This document shows positions 18,446 to 26,451 of a DNA stretch of 64,000 nucleotides, piece by piece. A program made the position numbers and the translations under genes. This stretch comes from Gammaproteobacteria bacterium (GTDB taxonomy: Bacteria > Pseudomonadota > Gammaproteobacteria > Steroidobacterales > PWYM01). Position 1 is the stretch's first letter. Each line of letters opens with the position of its first letter. The stretch lies in contig JAFIFN010000001.1 in NCBI GenBank assembly GCA_020832005.1, positions 9,775 through 73,774 of the forward strand. The letters are read 5' to 3'. The notes under the pieces were generated by a model. The model ran no database searches. It was not told where the DNA came from and saw nothing but the letters and a program-made list of their open reading frames with translations.

Positions 18446-19789
18446 CTACAGCCGCAGCGACGACAGGCCGGCCAGCTGCTGGGTCAGATACGCGCTTGTG
18501 TTCTGTGTCTGGGTGACCAGCGAGTCCAGCGCGGTGAACTGAGCGCGCAGGCGCGTCTCTATCTGCTCCATTCGCCGATCAAGGTTCTCGCGCTGCTGGC
18601 TCACCCTGCGCATCGTCGCATTCAATGCGGTGGTGCGACCGTTGATGATGCCATCGCTACTGGAGAACGCCCGCATCGTCGTGGACAGTGACTCGCCGAA
18701 GGCCGACAGCACGGCTTCGACACCCTGCTCATTGCCGGCCATCGCCTCATTGAATGCCGCCGTGTCCAGTCGCGCCTTGCCAGTGGCGTCGGTGCGCACA
18801 CCCAGGTCGAACATACTGCCGAACGGGTTGTCGGCGAGATCGGTATTGACTGCCCCGCTCAAGGCGCTGCCCAGTCGTGACTGCACGGAGCGCAGGATCG
18901 AGTTGCCCAGCAACGGGCCGGCTTCCTGGGTCTCGGCGTTGAAACGCCCCAGCTTGCGGGTCTCGTCGATCAGCGCGTTGTAGGCCTTGATCATGGTCTC
19001 GACCCGGCCGCGCACGGCGTCACCGTCGGGCTGTATCTCGATGCGGGTCGAGCCGGTGTCAGGACTCACCGCCGTGAGCCGGAAAGTGACTCCTGGAATT
19101 ACGTCCTCGATGGAGTTGCTGGCGCTGCTCAGCGTCAGTCCATTGATGCTGAAGCTGGCATCGTTGGCAGCGGCCGTCTGGGTCATCTGCGCAGAGCCCA
19201 GGCGCGCGTCCAGTCCACCGGCAGCACTGAGGGTCATCTCGCCGGCCTGACCGGAGCGCGTCGAGGTCAGCAGCAACCGGTACCCCTCACCATCACGCAC
19301 GACGGCGGCCTGCACCTGTGCACCGCTGGCGTTGATCGCATCGCGCACATCGCGTAGTGACACATCGCCGGCAGAAAGATCGATTTCCACGCTCTCGTCG
19401 CCGACGCTCACGCTCAGAGCGCCGTTCGCCAGGGGCGCATCTGCATCTGCGAACAGCTCGGTGGCCAGCGACTGGGCGCTGGCCAGTTCGTTCACGCGCA
19501 ACTGGTAAGTCGCCCTTTCGGCTCCCGGGCCCAGCGTCACGGCGACGTTCTCGGGTCCAGTCATACGTGTGCGCAGCGGCGTCTGGGTATTCTCCAATGC
19601 CGCGCCGGCCGTAGCCAGGGCGGACACCGCGCTGCGAAGCGTGCCCAGCGCAGAGAGTTCAAGTTTCGCACGAGACTCACGGCGACTGAGTTGCAGGTCA
19701 TTGGGCGCACGCTGTCCGCGGACCAGGGCAGACACCAGCCCCTCGAGGTCTATCCCTGAGCCGATGCCCAGACTGCTGATACCCGTCAT
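18446..19789 (-). CDS. fliD: Flagellar filament cap protein FliD
   Basis: 447 aa. N-terminal ISSLGIGSGIDLEGLVSALV and C-terminal RLRAQFTALDSLVTQTQNTSAYLTQQL. Confidence 0.95.
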   Translation of the reverse strand: MTGISSLGIGSGIDLEGLVSALVRGQRAPNDLQLSRRESRAKLELSALGTLRSAVSALATAGAALENTQTPLRTRMTGPENVAVTLGPGAERATYQLRVNELASAQSLATELFADADAPLANGALSVSVGDESVEIDLSAGDVSLRDVRDAINASGAQVQAAVVRDGEGYRLLLTSTRSGQAGEMTLSAAGGLDARLGSAQMTQTAAANDASFSINGLTLSSASNSIEDVIPGVTFRLTAVSPDTGSTRIEIQPDGDAVRGRVETMIKAYNALIDETRKLGRFNAETQEAGPLLGNSILRSVQSRLGSALSGAVNTDLADNPFGSMFDLGVRTDATGKARLDTAAFNEAMAGNEQGVEAVLSAFGESLSTTMRAFSSSDGIINGRTTALNATMRRVSQQRENLDRRMEQIETRLRAQFTALDSLVTQTQNTSAYLTQQLAGLSSLRL

Positions 19790-19805
19790 TGTCCGCTCCT
19801 GTCAG

Positions 19806-20168
19806 TCATGACCATGCCTCGAGGCCAAGTGAGTCCATGCGCGCTCCCTGCAACAGCATGCTGGCCATGCGTAAGACCTCGTCCCCGGGGATCTGCCGGA
19901 TCACATCACCGCTGTCGGATGCGACCACCTGGACCACCGTACGTCCAGTTGACTCATCGATGCGAAAACGCAAGTCCCGGCGGTCATCCTGCAGCGCCTG
20001 GTTGAGCAGTGATACGGCCTGCACGGCTGCGGGGGCCCTGCTGTCGGTGACCTCTGCAGGTGCCTCCGGCCCCCGTTCGGTAACCACGGCAGCTGCGGTC
20101 GGCCGATTGACCGTGATGCCCGGCAGCGATGGACGCTCCATCTTCGCGAGCATCGCCTCGATTTTCAT
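19806..20168 (-). CDS. flaG: Flagellar protein FlaG
   Basis: Start at ATG 20168 (MKIEAML). Core LRFRIDESTGRTVVQVVASDSGDVIRQIPGDEVLRMA is the FlaG signature. Lies between fliC and fliD. Confidence 0.85.
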   Translation of the reverse strand: MKIEAMLAKMERPSLPGITVNRPTAAAVVTERGPEAPAEVTDSRAPAAVQAVSLLNQALQDDRRDLRFRIDESTGRTVVQVVASDSGDVIRQIPGDEVLRMASMLLQGARMDSLGLEAWS

Positions 20169-20306
20169 CGCAGACCACCCTGGCCCATGAGTTGCGCCCG
20201 ACTCGTCCCAGCCGCCCGATCCAATACGCATATCACGGCGAAAGCCCGGGTCATGCCCGAGCCGTAGCGACGTGATATGCACACTGTCATGTCAGAGATC
20301 CGGTCC

Positions 20307-20332
20307 CGGCGGCGACCCGAAGGCCGCCGCCG
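20307..20332 (-). terminator. Very stable stem-loop with UUCG tetraloop 20 nt after the fliC stop (terminator/attenuator or 3' stabiliser)
   Basis: Minus-strand RNA CGGCGGCGGCC-UUCG-GGUCGCCGCCG, 11 pairs including one G-U. No U-tract follows on the fliC strand. Confidence 0.5.
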
Positions 20333-20351
20333 TTTCCGGTTTTGCCTTCGC

Positions 20352-21527
20352 TTAACGCAACAGGGCCAGCACGTTCTGCGGAGCAGCGTTGGCCTGGGCA
20401 AGCATGGCCACGCCAGCCTGCTGCAGCACCTGCGCCCGGGTCAGCGCCGCCGTCTCGGCAGCGAAATCCGTGTCGCGGATGCGGCTGCGTGAGGCGGCCA
20501 GGTTCTCGCTGTTGGTCTGCAGGTTGGCGATCACAGACTCGAAGCGATTCTGGATGGCACCCATCTGGGCGCGTACGCTGTTGATCTCGGTCAGGGCGGC
20601 ATCAGCAATCCCGAGCGCGCGCTGGGCACCACCGAAGGTCGAGATGTCGATATCACTGACGAACTGCTCATCGCCAGCAGCCGGGGCCACAAAGGTACCT
20701 GTCGCGCCGGTGGCGGCGAAGGTGATCGCGTCTTCACCGGCCTGGATGGAGCTGACGTCGATCCCGCCGGCAGCCGTGCCCGCCTCGGCAGATACGCCTG
20801 ACTGAGCGGAGACCGAGTTGATCGCACTGACGAGAGCGTCGCGCAGGGCGGCCTGTGTGGCAGCGGCGTCCGTGGTCACGGTGCCACCACCCGAGGTGGA
20901 CGTGATCGCGGTCACCGACACGTCGTCGACCGCAACACCGTTGACCGTGATCCCGGTCACCGAGGTCGCGCCCGAAGCTGCAACTGCGATGCTGCCGTTG
21001 GCAAACATGGCTTCGCCGAGCCGGTCGCCACGCGCGTCGGCATCGATCTCGACCGAGATCAGCTGACCGGCGTTGGCGCCGACCTGGAACGCAGCACCAG
21101 TGAACGAGCCGTCGAGCAGCCGGGTACCGTTGAACTCGGTCTGCTGGGCAACACGCGTGATCTCCTGGATCAGCTGCTGGGCTTCCGCATTCAGGGCAGC
21201 GCGGTCGCTGGCGGAGTTCGTGGCGTTGGAGGCCTGCACGGCCAACTCACGGATGCGCTGCAGGTTGTTGCCAACCTCGCCCAGTGCACCTTCAGCGGTC
21301 TGTGCCAGCGAAATGCCGTCGTTGGCGTTGCGCACGGCGACGTTCAGACCACGAATCTGCGTGGTGAAACGCTCAGAGATGGCGAGGCCTGCCGCGTCAT
21401 CCTTGGCGCTGTTGATACGCAGACCTGAGGACAGGCGCTGCAGAGAAACACCCAGCGCACTCTGCGAGGTGCTCAGGTTGCGCTGTGCGTTCAGCGACAG
21501 CACGTTGGTATTGATTACCTGTGACAT
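20352..21527 (-). CDS. fliC: Flagellin
   Basis: Start at ATG 21527 (MSQVINTNVLSLNAQRNL; AGGAG RBS). Conserved D0/D1 N- and C-termini (...AAETAALTRAQVLQQAGVAMLAQANAAPQNVLALLR). The central variable region is rich in S/T/A/G. The ORF-track start 21551 is rejected. Confidence 0.96.
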   Translation of the reverse strand: MSQVINTNVLSLNAQRNLSTSQSALGVSLQRLSSGLRINSAKDDAAGLAISERFTTQIRGLNVAVRNANDGISLAQTAEGALGEVGNNLQRIRELAVQASNATNSASDRAALNAEAQQLIQEITRVAQQTEFNGTRLLDGSFTGAAFQVGANAGQLISVEIDADARGDRLGEAMFANGSIAVAASGATSVTGITVNGVAVDDVSVTAITSTSGGGTVTTDAAATQAALRDALVSAINSVSAQSGVSAEAGTAAGGIDVSSIQAGEDAITFAATGATGTFVAPAAGDEQFVSDIDISTFGGAQRALGIADAALTEINSVRAQMGAIQNRFESVIANLQTNSENLAASRSRIRDTDFAAETAALTRAQVLQQAGVAMLAQANAAPQNVLALLR

Positions 21528-21633
21528 TTCCGTACTCCTGGTACTCGTCAAATTTACATTCAGTTGGCCGCCGCAAGAGGCGGGGTCTCATCCGGCGGCA
21601 TGAATGTGCCGGTTGCAAAATGCATATCGGCGC

Positions 21634-21660
21634 AGAGAGAGAGAACTTTAGGCACGCGCT
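21634..21660 (-). promoter_or_regulatory. sigma28 (FliA) promoter of fliC: TAAAGTT-N12-GCCGATAT
   Basis: Reverse complement of atatcggc gcagagagagagaac ttta, with the canonical TAAA-N15-GCCGATA spacing. Lies ~100 nt upstream of the fliC ATG. Confidence 0.85.
21644..21654. repeat. (GA)5A / T(CT)5 dinucleotide tract inside the fliC promoter spacer
   Basis: The sequence agagagagaga is read directly from the window and lies entirely between the -35 and -10 elements of the sigma28 promoter. Confidence 0.9.
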
Positions 21661-21765
21661 TCATACCCGTGCTGGCAACCCGCGGCTGCCGTGTATTCAC
21701 TGCTGTGACGCCGTGGATAACGTGAACTGCTTCACGAAATTGTTCGAGGGCCTGATCGCAGATCA

Positions 21766-23328
21766 TCAATGCGCGTCCGGCAGCATCGCCAGTATTCTTT
21801 GCCGGGCGCGCTCGAAGGCGTGCGCGAACAGTGGTGCCTGCGCCTGATAGGCGTCCGTGAGGCAACCGAATGCCGCGGTAACCTGAACTCTGGCCTCGTC
21901 GCTGCCCGCCATGCCGACCACCTCCGGACGCACGCTGCGCGCAGCGTCGTTGGCGCACATCGCATCCCAGTCCAGACCATGCACCTCAAGCATGCGCCGC
22001 ACACAGCTGTCAGGATCGGCCACCAGGTCTTCGTAGGACAGTACGCTCACGCGTTCGGGAAACAGCGCCTGCCAGTGCGCAGCCAGGCGCTCATACACAA
22101 GTATGTATTCGGCGATCAGGTCCACATCCCAGGCGTAGGGATGAGGCTGCTCGAAGTACTTCAGGTAGATGGCCAGCGCGTTGGCAAAGTGCTCACGGCG
22201 ACAGATCACCAGTCTTGTCTGAGGATTGAGCATCATGAGCATGCCGGCGTAGATGATGTTGCCAGGAGTCGTCACCAGATGAGTGACAACGCCCGGGGCG
22301 GGTGCCTCGCCCCATGCAGCCTCCAGCAGGGTTCCAAGCCGGTCCATCGCCATCGCATCGAGGTTGCGTAGCGAGTCGGGGTAGGCGGCCAGCAGTCCTT
22401 GGCCTGATTTGCGCAGCACCTCGTCGATGACATCGCGCTCGCCCCAGCCACGGATCGCCGGATGCGCCCCGAGCGCGCCTTCCAGCAGGCTCTTGCCGGC
22501 ACGCGGGGGGCCCAGCACCAGGGTGAGGCCCCTGTCTGATCGAGTCCGAACGCATCCGGCGGCGACGAATTCTGGCTGAAACACGTCGATGACACGCGTC
22601 GCGAGGCGAATCAGCAATCCACCGCGCAGGCGCTCGACCTCGGTGCGTTCATGTTCACACATCAAGCGGTTGCCTGCCTGACAGGCCTTGAACGAAGCAA
22701 GCGAATCCCCACCATCCTGGTACATCTTGCTCAATGCGAACTGCAACATTGCGCGCTCCCGAAGAGACAGCCGATCGCGCTGCAGCAGCTTGCGCAGCTG
22801 CTTGATCTGAGCCCCTGCGCCGGCGAAATGCCGGGTCTGCGAGTATCGAAGCCAAAGCTCGGCATCGTCGCGCCGCACGGCCAGCAGCGCCGCCAGAAAA
22901 GCACTCGCCTCCTCCATGCGTCCCAGCGCCCGCAGAGCCATTGCATACAGCCTCATCGCCTGCTGGCTCTCGGGGTTCAGCCGCATTGCCTCACGCAGCG
23001 CGGCGGCGGAAGCTTCGTAACGACCCAGTTCGTAGAACGTACTTCCGACCAGTTCGAATACGCCCGCATCGGCGTCCGGAAGACTGAGCAGCTGCGCGGC
23101 GTACTGCAGCGCCGTGTTGTGCATGCGCAGTTGCAGGGACAGCAGCGTCAGCGACGTCAGCGCCCCGCGATTCTGGGGGTCGCGCTCAAGCACCTGGCTC
23201 AACAACTCTACTGCATCGAGCTTGCGGTCCTCGTCAACAGCCTGGCTGGCTTCAGTGAGCAGGGAGCGAAGCTCTGATGCCGGTGCCGCTGCCGCTGCCG
23301 ACAGGCGTGGCCGGGTCGCCGCCATCAT
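21766..23328 (-). CDS. TPR-repeat / sulfotransferase-domain fusion protein (candidate flagellin-modifying enzyme)
   Basis: 520 aa. The N-terminal ~200 aa are TPR-like (AVELLSQVLERDPQNRGAL; YELGRYEASAAALREAMRLNPESQQA; LGRMEEASAFLAALLAVRRDDAE). The C-terminal half has a PAPS 5'-phosphosulfate-loop-like LVLGPPRAGKSLLEGALGAHP, then VICRREHFANALAIYLKYF and YEDLVADPDSCVRRMLEVHGLDWD, as in TPR-containing sulfotransferase families. The ATG overlaps the flgL stop (ATGA). Confidence 0.7.
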   Translation of the reverse strand: MMAATRPRLSAAAAAPASELRSLLTEASQAVDEDRKLDAVELLSQVLERDPQNRGALTSLTLLSLQLRMHNTALQYAAQLLSLPDADAGVFELVGSTFYELGRYEASAAALREAMRLNPESQQAMRLYAMALRALGRMEEASAFLAALLAVRRDDAELWLRYSQTRHFAGAGAQIKQLRKLLQRDRLSLRERAMLQFALSKMYQDGGDSLASFKACQAGNRLMCEHERTEVERLRGGLLIRLATRVIDVFQPEFVAAGCVRTRSDRGLTLVLGPPRAGKSLLEGALGAHPAIRGWGERDVIDEVLRKSGQGLLAAYPDSLRNLDAMAMDRLGTLLEAAWGEAPAPGVVTHLVTTPGNIIYAGMLMMLNPQTRLVICRREHFANALAIYLKYFEQPHPYAWDVDLIAEYILVYERLAAHWQALFPERVSVLSYEDLVADPDSCVRRMLEVHGLDWDAMCANDAARSVRPEVVGMAGSDEARVQVTAAFGCLTDAYQAQAPLFAHAFERARQRILAMLPDAH

Positions 23329-24521
23329 CGAATGAAGTCGAACAGGCTGAGCCTGCCCAGCTGTACGTAGGTCTGTTGCGCAGCCTGCAGGGCCACCTGC
23401 TGGAGGTTGAAGCGGCTAATGGCTTCGGCATAGTCGAGATCCTGGATCTGCGAGAGCGCCGTCTGCAACTGCAGTTTCTGGTCCTCGTTGACCACGCCCT
23501 GGCTGTCGATCGTGTTGAGCCTGGCGCCCACGTCGGTGCGCAGTGCCAGCACGCGACCCAGGGCCTGGTCGATGTTCTGCAGGCCCGCGGCGATGGACTG
23601 ATCCCGCAGCGTGTTGCCCGCCGCGGAACTCCTGGGGGTTTCCAGCTCCGCCGCCAGGGCATCCACGATCGCAAACACGGAGGTCACACCGGCAGGTTCA
23701 ATGGCGAAACTGTCGCCGGCTGCAGGCGCGCCCGCGAGCACGATGCGCCGCCCGGCGTAATCGATCGCCTGGTCGGGCTGGTAGGCACCGCTGGCGACGA
23801 CGACCCCGCTGCCGTCGCGCAGCTGCCAGGCCTCCGCAGAGGTGAACTCGAGATTCAGTGCAGTATTGTCGATCAGCGTGGGATTGAGCACTTCACCGGC
23901 GGCCACGCGGCCGGTGCCCGAATTGCCCGTGTCCGGGGTCACCGTGAACACGCCATTGCCGCGTGGGATGCTCATCCACGCCTGCCCACTTTCGCCAACG
24001 GCGACGCTTCGATCGGGCGACAGGGCCACCCGACGCTGGCCACCATCCCCCAGATAGGCTACTGCCCCACCGGCGTCGCGCACGAACGGCCGGCTGCCGG
24101 AGCGGTAACCGGCAAACATGTACTCGCCGCTGGCATCGCGCGCATTGGCGCCATCGAGCAGCCCCTCGGCGAGCTGACGCACCTCCAGCGCGAGGGCTGC
24201 GCGAGACTCGTTGTTCTGGGTGCCGTTGGCCGCCTGAAGCGTAAGCTCACGCACCCTCTGCAAAGCTTCGCCCATCTGCGTGAGCACCGATTCCTGCTGC
24301 TGAAGACGGCTGACGGCCGCATCTGCGTTGCGGGAATATTGGTCGACTGCGGCGATTCTCTCACCAAGCTTCAGCGACTGGATCGCACCACCCGGGTCAT
24401 CCGAGGGCTTGAGGATGCGCTTGCCCGTGGCCAGCTGCTGCTGGGTCGCCGCCAGCGACGCCTGGTTGCGCTGAATCGCGCCGATGCCGCCGTCGAAAAT
24501 CTGTGCCGTTGAAATTCGCAT
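23325..24521 (-). CDS. flgL: Hook-filament junction protein FlgL (HAP3)
   Basis: 398 aa. MRISTAQIFDGGIGAIQRNQASLAATQQQLATGKRILKPSDDP and a flagellin-like C-terminus. Confidence 0.93.
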   Translation of the reverse strand: MRISTAQIFDGGIGAIQRNQASLAATQQQLATGKRILKPSDDPGGAIQSLKLGERIAAVDQYSRNADAAVSRLQQQESVLTQMGEALQRVRELTLQAANGTQNNESRAALALEVRQLAEGLLDGANARDASGEYMFAGYRSGSRPFVRDAGGAVAYLGDGGQRRVALSPDRSVAVGESGQAWMSIPRGNGVFTVTPDTGNSGTGRVAAGEVLNPTLIDNTALNLEFTSAEAWQLRDGSGVVVASGAYQPDQAIDYAGRRIVLAGAPAAGDSFAIEPAGVTSVFAIVDALAAELETPRSSAAGNTLRDQSIAAGLQNIDQALGRVLALRTDVGARLNTIDSQGVVNEDQKLQLQTALSQIQDLDYAEAISRFNLQQVALQAAQQTYVQLGRLSLFDFIR

Positions 24522-24558
24522 TGATGAACCTCCTGCGGACTGCTCGCCCGCTCAGCCC

Positions 24559-26451
24559 TTAGCGCCGGACGGCCGCGAGCAGCGTGTCAAACATTGAACC
24601 TGCCACCGCGATGACCTGGGCACTGGCCTGGTAGGCCTGCTGGAAACGCAGCAGGTTCGCGGCCTCCTCGTCGAGGTTGACGCCCGAGATGTTCTCGCGC
24701 TGGGCGCGAGCATCAGCGAGCATTCGTCCCTGCACCTCTGCGTTGATCGAGGCACGCCGTGTCTTTACGCCGACATCGGCCACCAGTTCCGCATAGCCCT
24801 CGGAGAGGCTTGTTGTGCCGCCGGCCAGGGTGCGCTGCCTGGCCAGGCCTGCCAGCGCCAGGGCGCCGCGGTTATCGCCGACACCGCCGGCATTGTCGCG
24901 AACCTCGAAGCGATCACCCTCTGCGGGTGTCCCCCGAATCACCGTGCGCCAGCCATTGAGCTCGATGGTGGTGTCGCCAGACGGATCCGGAGAGAAACTC
25001 GTTCCGCCGACCACGAACTGCCCGCCGGTAAACTCGATATCGATGGGGTTGCGCAGGTCCGCGGCAGCGGGATCGACAATGCTGATCTCCCGCAGGCTCG
25101 CCGCACCGGTGTTCTGGGCCGCCGCCTCAGCGCGCACGGGCAATGCTGCGGCAACCGCCCTGGGATCGGTGATGCGCACGCTCAGATCGCCCGCCACCTG
25201 CAGGGGGCGCAACAGGAAGCTGTCCCCGCGTTGCGCGCCGCTCACGCCCGAGAGATCCAGACTCAGACCATCGAAATCCAGGCTGTCGCCTGGAGCCAGG
25301 GTAGCCAGACGCTCGCCATCTGCCAGCCTGCGCAGCACCCAGTTGTCGCCATCGAAGCGCAGCTGGTAGTCGCTGGCCTCCAGCGCACCGACATCGCTGA
25401 TGGCCAGATCCGGAATACCGCTGGCCACGTTGCCGAGGTTGGCATACACGCGCGGATCGGGACGCTCGAAAAATGCGCCACCGGCCAGACCTCGAAGATC
25501 CATGCCTGCGGCGTGCTGCTCGTTGAAACTGTCGACCAGCGACACGGCAATACGGCCAAGCCCGTTGCTGGCCGGGTCGAACAGGGTATCGCGAAGATCC
25601 AGCAGTGCGCCGAGCTCCCCGCCAGTCATGAACTCGGTGGCAATCACCGTGGCCGAACCGTTGCGAAACCCGATATCCAGTCGGCCCGGATCCGCGCCCA
25701 TCGCCTGGGCAAACAGCCGCGTTTGCTCGAAGCCCACCACAAGGGCCTGGCCCCGACCGATATAGATGTTGACGCTGCCATCGGACTGCTCAAGAGTCTT
25801 GACCGAGGTCAGTGATGACAGATCGCGAATCAGCTCGTCGCGGCGATCCAGCAGGTCATTGGGATCGCGCCCGCCGCTGCGCCCCCGTGCCTCGACGATC
25901 TCGCGGTTGAGCTGCGCGATGCTCGTGGCCAGCTGGTTGATCTCGTCTACGGTCCCGCTGATGCGACCATTGGCAATGCTGCGTTGGTCCTCAATGCGGC
26001 CTTCCAGCTGAGCGAAGCGATCGGTCAGCGACTGCGCCTGGCTGATCAGCTGCTGGCGGGCGGCCGTCGAGGTCGGATCGGTGGCGACGTCCTCAAGCGC
26101 TGCGAAGAACTGACTCAGTGCCGGCGCGAGCCCGGAGTTCGGATCGGCCAGCAGCGTGTCGAGCCGGCCGGCGAACTCCGCGTAGGTGCGCTCGTAGCCT
26201 GCACCCGACAGATTCATGCCCAGGCGCGCCTCGACGAATTGATCGACGACGCGGCGCACACCAGTGGTGGTCACACCCGTACCCAGAGAGCCGAAGCCGG
26301 AGTTCAGCGGCTGCGAGGTGCCCAACTGCAGCTGCTGGCGGCTGTAGCCTTCCGTGCCAACATTGGCGATGTTGTGCCCGGTGACCTGCAGGGCGCGCTG
26401 ATACGCCAGCAACGCCGAAGTGCCGACACCGAAAATGCCGCCTCCGCTCAT
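24559..26451 (-). CDS. flgK: Hook-filament junction protein FlgK (HAP1)
   Basis: 630 aa. N-terminal GVGTSALLAYQRALQVTGHNIANVGTEGYSRQ and C-terminal VNLDEEAANLLRFQQAYQASAQVIAVAGSMFDTLL. Confidence 0.95.
   Translation of the reverse strand: MSGGGIFGVGTSALLAYQRALQVTGHNIANVGTEGYSRQQLQLGTSQPLNSGFGSLGTGVTTTGVRRVVDQFVEARLGMNLSGAGYERTYAEFAGRLDTLLADPNSGLAPALSQFFAALEDVATDPTSTAARQQLISQAQSLTDRFAQLEGRIEDQRSIANGRISGTVDEINQLATSIAQLNREIVEARGRSGGRDPNDLLDRRDELIRDLSSLTSVKTLEQSDGSVNIYIGRGQALVVGFEQTRLFAQAMGADPGRLDIGFRNGSATVIATEFMTGGELGALLDLRDTLFDPASNGLGRIAVSLVDSFNEQHAAGMDLRGLAGGAFFERPDPRVYANLGNVASGIPDLAISDVGALEASDYQLRFDGDNWVLRRLADGERLATLAPGDSLDFDGLSLDLSGVSGAQRGDSFLLRPLQVAGDLSVRITDPRAVAAALPVRAEAAAQNTGAASLREISIVDPAAADLRNPIDIEFTGGQFVVGGTSFSPDPSGDTTIELNGWRTVIRGTPAEGDRFEVRDNAGGVGDNRGALALAGLARQRTLAGGTTSLSEGYAELVADVGVKTRRASINAEVQGRMLADARAQRENISGVNLDEEAANLLRFQQAYQASAQVIAVAGSMFDTLLAAVRR

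Noticed and set aside
20243-20258. sigma54-like GGGCAT-gaccc-GGGCT upstream of flaG
   Set aside because: Only the GG and GC doublets match. The conserved T of the -24 TGG and the TT of the -12 TTGC are missing. It is much weaker than the six clear sites and is kept only as a remote possibility.
20322-20345. T-rich run (tttccggtttt) after the fliC-distal hairpin, read on the plus strand as a classical terminator
   Set aside because: No plus-strand gene ends here. On the relevant fliC (minus) strand the hairpin lacks a U-tract, so I report it only as a stem-loop.
21567-21599. Hairpin in the fliC 5' leader (GCCGCCG...CGGCGGC) with a GGA motif, considered as a CsrA/RsmA binding site
   Set aside because: The interior can pair further, which puts the GGA in a stem rather than a loop. 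The only other GGA is the Shine-Dalgarno itself. No csrA or fliW context is present in the window. Too speculative to score as a finding.
21721-21736. Small hairpin CGTGAA-GCAG-TTCACG after the sulfotransferase gene, considered as an operon terminator
   Set aside because: The stem is only 6 bp with a poor U-tract (UUAUCC). It cannot be distinguished from chance.
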